A stretch of 64,000 bases of DNA, taken from the NCBI RefSeq assembly GCF_004010195.1, contig NC_057718.1, forward strand, positions 103,667,963 to 103,731,962, in the 5' to 3' direction. Below, piece after piece: positions 62,760 to 64,000 of the stretch (positions are counted from its first letter, which is position 1; each line of letters opens with the position of its first letter). The translations under genes and the position numbers were made by a program. The DNA is from Chiloscyllium plagiosum (lineage: Eukaryota). Below the pieces are notes generated by a model. That model made no database searches. It saw nothing but the letters and a program-made list of their open reading frames with translations, and was not told where the DNA came from.

Positions 62760-63912
62760 CTGAAAATGTGTTGCTGGAAAAGCGCAGCAGGTCATGCAGC
62801 GTCCAGGGAACAGGAGAATCGACGTTTCGGGCATAAGCCCTTCTTCAGGAATGAGGAAAGTTTGTCCAGCAGGCTAAGATAAAAGGTAGGGAGGAGGGAC
62901 TTGGGGGAGGGGAGTCGAAAATGTGATAGGTGGAGCTGGTCATTCAAAGTTAGTACTTGGTGAAATGAGAATCAAATGCATAACATGGTATATGAATTTC
63001 ATTGTCAGTGTAATGCTAGAAATATCAGCCACATATCCTAAAGGCTGGCAGATCTTATCAAATAGCATGTCCATTTGTTTGTTGGTCATTCAAAGCTGGT
63101 CATTCAAAGTTAGTACTTGGTGAAATGAGAATCAAATGCATAACATGGTATATGAATTTCATTGTCAGTGTAATGCTAGAAATATCAGCCACATATCCTA
63201 AAGGCTGGCAGATCTTATCAAATAGCATGTCCATTTGTTTGTTGGTCATTCAAAGCTGGTCATTCAAAGTTAGTACTTGGTGAAATGAGAATCAAATGCA
63301 TAACATGGTATATGAATTTCATTGTCAGTGTAATGCTAGAAATATCAGCCACATATCCTAAAGGCTGGCAGATCTTATCAAATAGCATGTCCATTTGTTT
63401 GTTGGTCATTCAAAGCTGGTCATTCAAAGTTAGTACTTGGTGAAATGAGAATCAAATGCATAACATGGTATATGAATTTCATTGTCAGTGTAATGCTAGA
63501 AATATCAGCCACATATCCTAAAGGCTGGCAGATCTTATCAAATAGCATGTCCATTTGTTTGTTGGTCATTCAAAGCTGGTCATTCAAAGTTAGTACTTGG
63601 TGAAATGAGAATCAAATGCATAACATGGTATATGAATTTCATTGTCAGTGTAATGCTAGAAATATCAGCCACATATCCTAAAGGCTGGCAGATCTTATCA
63701 AATAGCATGTCCATTTGTTTGTTGGTCATTCAAAGCTGGTCATTCAAAGTTAGTACTTGGTGAAATGAGAATCAAATGCATAACATGGTATATGAATTTC
63801 ATTGTCAGTGTAATGCTAGAAATATCAGCCACATATCCGGCGGCGCCGATACAGTCATCGATGTAGCGGAGGAAAAGGTGGGGGGTGGGGCCAGTGTAGT
63901 TGCGGAAGATGG
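62760..63912 (-). mobile_element. 5'-truncated Penelope-like element with 13-bp TSD; interior replaced by a tandem array
   Basis: TSD acctgtccaaatg at 62747-62759 and 63913-63925; RT motif LFLRYIDDCIG; hammerhead core on minus 62819-62850. Confidence 0.9.
62934..63838. repeat. Perfect 160-bp tandem array, about 5.7 copies
   Basis: cattcaaagttag recurs at 62941, 63101, 63261, 63421, 63581 and 63741. Confidence 0.97.
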
Positions 63913-64000
63913 ACCTGTCCAAATGTCTTTTAGATGTTGTACTTGTACCCACAATCACCACTTCCTCTGGCAGTTCATTCCACACACAAACCACCCTTTG

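Larger units (their letters stand above)
62620..64000 (-). mobile_element. CR1 3' end interrupted by a Penelope insertion
   Basis: VCVWNELPEEVV..KRHLDR continues at 62759 downward once the insert is removed. Confidence 0.85.

Noticed and set aside
62934..63838. CRISPR-like array or mitochondrial control-region insert
   Set aside because: Units are wholly identical with no unique spacers, the context is eukaryotic, and I recognised no control-region motifs.

Overview
This is eukaryotic vertebrate DNA. The repeat families (HE1-type V-SINEs, HER1-like CR1 LINEs, Penelope-like elements) point to a shark; that is an inference. The window is dominated by retroelements: CR1 LINEs (one young copy with a long open ORF2), L2 and Rex1 fragments, several SINE families, Gypsy-type LTR remnants, a TA-flanked MITE, and many Penelope-like elements whose termini carry minimal hammerhead-ribozyme motifs and fold-back structures. 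There are two N gaps (2827-3465, 60035-60973), a 13-bp minisatellite and a perfect 160-bp tandem array sitting inside a Penelope element. The ORF track misses a spliced minus-strand gene: ten GT-AG exons between 58419 and 48765 join in frame into a 250-aa C-terminal region whose family I could not recognise. A Penelope-derived fold-back appears to have inserted exactly at one of its splice donors. All calls were made by eye, without database searches.
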